Of a stretch of 64,000 nt of DNA, positions 60,276-64,000 are shown in pieces. Positions within the stretch are counted from its first letter, which is position 1, and every line of letters starts with the position of its first letter. Location of the stretch: positions 141,980,001 to 142,044,000 of the forward strand of contig NC_091988.1 in NCBI RefSeq assembly GCF_044704955.1, in the 5' to 3' direction. Origin of the DNA: Pristiophorus japonicus (lineage: Eukaryota). Position numbers and translations under genes: made by a program. A model generated the notes under the pieces. The model worked only from the letters and a program-made list of their open reading frames with translations, was not told the DNA's origin and made no database searches.

Positions 60276-61571
60276 GATCTTTGATGTTAGCTTTTTAAAG
60301 AGAAGACACAGAATGGCTTAGCATCCATACAACAAAGACCAAAAAGCTTCGTATATGGCTTAGACTTGCTATTGATGAATGAGTGGAGCCTCTTGGAATC
60401 TTAATATTCCTGTCTCCACTAGAACAAAGAATAGATTACTCATGCAATAGATACATCAGAATGTCTCACTAAGGACACCAAGGGAATGGCTGTTAATTAT
60501 GGTGCCGACATTACTCTTACTGCAGCACTACTTGAGTAAGCTCCAAATTCTAGAGGGCTTTCAGGGGACTTCTATTTTATAGGAAATGTGAATTGGTCTG
60601 GCCTCTATAGCCGCTGAGAGTCTAGTTACTATTCCCATTTCCTTACTGCAGGATAACACTTGCTTCATTACTTTGCTCTGCATAGAACACGAGGGACTGA
60701 GGGGTCATACAGAGAGCTTTAACTAAACTCTTTGTGATATCAGCACAAAGTAGCAAATGAAGCATGCAGCACATACTTGCCTTGGTCATACTTTCACTAT
60801 TAAACGATGAAGCAATAAAAAGTCTATCATTTTTCTTCATTAAAGTTTCGGCTTTTCAGTACAACAGAAAATAAATATTTTTTTTTTGCAAATGATGGCT
60901 CCCTCTTGATTTCTACTTTTCCTCGAGGTCAGATAAAAGGACAACAGTATACCACATATATACTGGTTAAAGGAACATTATCTTCATTATAGGAGAGAGA
61001 GAGAGAGAGAGCGAGAGAGAGAAAACGGTAAACTGCCACGCTGAGACAGTGTATGGCAACAGCCAGGTTGAATTTTCATTATTGATTGCAATGAGTTACA
61101 TTATTGATTGCAATTTGTATGAAAGATAAAAAGAGCTATTGATTACCTGTAATCGTGGTCGCTGCCAACACACATGACTTGTGATTTAAACTGTGTTGAA
61201 CTTTAGATAACATTTACAGGGGGAGGGGGGAAATAACATTTTCCCATGAAACTTAAATAAAATATACCAGCCAGATTAAGCATTGCATTTTGAAGAGATC
61301 AGACACTTGTATAATTGAAAACCTGAACAGTGGAGATAATATTAAGGCTGATGATACATTAGTGCATTTAATTACTGCCAAGTATAACTGATAAACAAGG
61401 TTTTAAAATGAGCAGAATCAGCAAAGCAGGCAGCACAGGTTGCAACCTGTGACATCAATGATATGAATACATTGTCCAGTTTGCAAACACAGGAAGAAAA
61501 AGTTTACCTAAATTTTCTAAGAAGAAAAATGCTCCTTTGATGGACCCTTTTTTGGAAAGAAAGTGAGTGAG

Positions 61572-61605
<34 letters not shown>

Positions 61606-61649
61606 AAAAAGGAACACTAGTGAGTGCGTGCAAATATGCGAGAGAGAAT

Positions 61650-61766
61650 TGTTAAGAATTTGCTGGGACCAGATCCCACTCCGCCAGTGTAACTTTGCTG
61701 GTTTCTGCCGCACTCTGGCAAAGTTACGCTGATGGAGTAGGAGCAGATTTGCGGAAATTCCCAGCC
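61650..61766. repeat. Short hairpin element (probable mini-MITE)
   Basis: Stem CTCCGCCAGTGTAACTTTGC / GCAAAGTTACGCTGATGGAG; right end AAATTCCCAGCC resembles the TIR at 17838. Confidence 0.5.
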
Positions 61767-62859
61767 TGTTATCTGTAATGAGCACATAAAAATAAATTCC
61801 TTCAAACAAATTATACTTTTTCCATTAATTAATGAGATTATACACAGATAAACCACTAAATGAAAGAAAATAAACTCTCTCTAAACTGGTCAAGATTTAA
61901 AACATCTACAAATCAAAACACAAAAACAAATCCTGTTTATGACTCATGCAGTCAAGGTCTAGATTTCAACATTTTTATTAAAATATTCACATGAAAGATT
62001 TGAGCATTCCTGTTAATGCTCTGTTCACAGAAACACCCATCTAACTGCAGCAGCTAGCTTCAAAATCCATCACACTTGTCTTCCAACCCTCAACCAATAG
62101 ATGGCTTCAGTCATGCAATGGTCCACTCAAAGTGTGTCTAACTGATCCACTATGGTCATCAAACTGACAACATGCTTGTTTAGAGTGCAGCTATGTTTTG
62201 TGCAGCTGTGCAGAGGTGAAACCATTGAGCCAGAGTGAATTTCCACTTTCAACAAGTCATTTTCATGTGGGTGTGGAAAGAGGGGAAAAAAAATAAACCA
62301 TATGTGCACCAGAAGGGTTCACAATACCATGCTAAATTGAGAGAAGCATAGCCATCTACTGCTTGATCAAGTTATCTATGCTTTTCATGAATCAAATTAA
62401 AGGGGATTCCTCCAATTCTTTTCAGGCTTCTAGATGGCCACTTTGTTTGTATTCATTTACCACAGACAACCATGGTGAATGTGTGCAGAGATTAGAAGCA
62501 CATCAGTTTACTCCAGTTATTCTTTTATGAAATCTTAAGAATGATTTGCTAATTACCTACTTTTAAAGCACAAAAACCAAACAATTGTACCTTTATGTTA
62601 GTTCCTCGCAACTCTTTAAAAACAACCGATTTCCTAATCTTAGGAATAATAAATTCTGCAAGGTCACATGAAAGCTAGAATGCTATGGGACAACATAAGA
62701 ATTAATTGGCAGTCTTGTCAGAGCCCACACAGGTCTCCATGCAGACAAAATACAGGTTTTCTGCAGAATGCCTCAAGGTGGTAAAACGCACAGATTTTAA
62801 CTTCCAACACTTTGTAAACTTGGCATGGGAACACATGAAGGTCACAGCCCCAGATTACT

Positions 62860-63069
62860 GTCATCTTGGCTCAGTTATAGCATTCTTGCCTCAGGGTCAG
62901 AGAATTGTGGGTTTAAACTCTACCGGAATTGCCGAGCATAATCTTGGCTTATATTCCAGTGTTGTAGTGCATCAGCAGAACTTCGCTCATAATACTCCTG
63001 TGAAGCACCTTGGGACGTTTCACTGTGTTAAAGGCGCTATATAAATACAAGTTGTTGTTGTTGTTGTTG
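62860..63069 (+). mobile_element. SINE head remnant plus L2-type 3' tail (TTG)n
   Basis: TTGGCTCAGTT...GTGGGTTTAAACTC, then CTCCTGTGAAGCACCTTGGGACG...GCTATATAAATACAAGTTGTTGTTG. Confidence 0.65.
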
Positions 63070-63239
63070 AGCTGTTAGACTGATATCTATAACTTCACAG
63101 ACTGATAGGACATTAAAAATATCCCATGTCGCTGATTGAAGGGCGGCATGGAATCCCAGCTAATATTCATTCTCAATCAATAACTCCAATGCTCAACAGC
63201 CGCCTCCTGTGCTGTAGCCACTCTCTAATTCTATCAGTC

Positions 63240-63557
63240 TTTCTGATTAGATGTTAAACCGAGGCCCGTTCTGCTCACTCAGGTGAACGTAAAAGATCCC
63301 ATGACATTATTTCGAAGAAGAGCAGGGGAGTTATCCCCAGTGTCCTGGCCAATATTTATCCCTCAATCAACATCACTAAAAATAGATTATCTGGTCATTA
63401 TCACATTGCTGTTTGTGGAAGCTCGCTGTGCGCAAATTGGTTGCCGCATTTCCTACATTACAAGCGACTACACTCCAAAAGTACTTTGTTGGCTGTAAAG
63501 CACTTCAGGCGTCCGGTTTTCATGAAAGGCGCTATATAAATGCAAGTCTTTCTTTCT
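63240..63557 (+). mobile_element. Deu-domain SINE, 5'-truncated
   Basis: High similarity to 59980-60275. Confidence 0.88.
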
Positions 63558-64000
63558 ATGAACAGACTTATTGGTTATTCATCCATTGCTGTTTACAGGA
63601 TGTCTGCAGGTGCAGAATGACTACTGCATTTGCTGACATAACTATAGTTAATATACTCCAGAGTAACTCATTGTGTTAGGCATTTGTAAATCCAAGTATT
63701 ATTTATTACTAAAAGATCCTACACAAAACATTCCATGGAGATGCAATATATCAAGAGAGTTCTCCAATATAGAACTGGAACAGGAAAACATTACACTTTG
63801 ATGTTGCACTGGTCACAATTTAAAAACCATGTGGTATTTTATACCGAAGTCACTTGTTTGGTAGTTAATCTTACTCGGATATTTAGAGCTAAATGCAAGA
63901 AATTGTATTTCAGGTTGCAGTTATACCGACTTTCAAAATATTGTACACACTATCTGCTAATCCAACAAAAAGCATGATCTGTACCATCTTGTATATTTAA

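Overview
Eukaryotic, repeat-dense non-coding DNA, most likely from a cartilaginous fish (inferred from Deu-domain/SacSINE-like SINEs, HE1-like SINEs, and the CR1, L2 and Harbinger families). I found no intact host protein-coding gene, and no prokaryote-type systems. The window holds four decayed PIF/Harbinger transposons and at least seven Harbinger-type MITEs with TIRs, most with 3-bp TSDs. It also holds one full-length but dead Ty3/Gypsy LTR retrotransposon (30786-37298; both LTRs, PBS, PPT, CAAAT TSD) carrying three nested insertions, a solo LTR of the same family, many CR1/L2 LINE fragments and SINEs, and Penelope-type remnants with degenerate hammerhead-ribozyme cores. There is one assembly gap. 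Candidate minus-strand 5'-UTR exons at about 56-61.6 kb suggest the window is largely intronic to an unidentified gene. Main leads: three different Harbingers each kept the spliced Myb/SANT gene but lost the nuclease core; an LTR family carries a CTCF-like motif; MITEs carry splice donors at GC/AT boundaries; a CR1 has an intron-like double 3' end; and one TIR is micro-inverted. All calls were made by eye and no searches were run.
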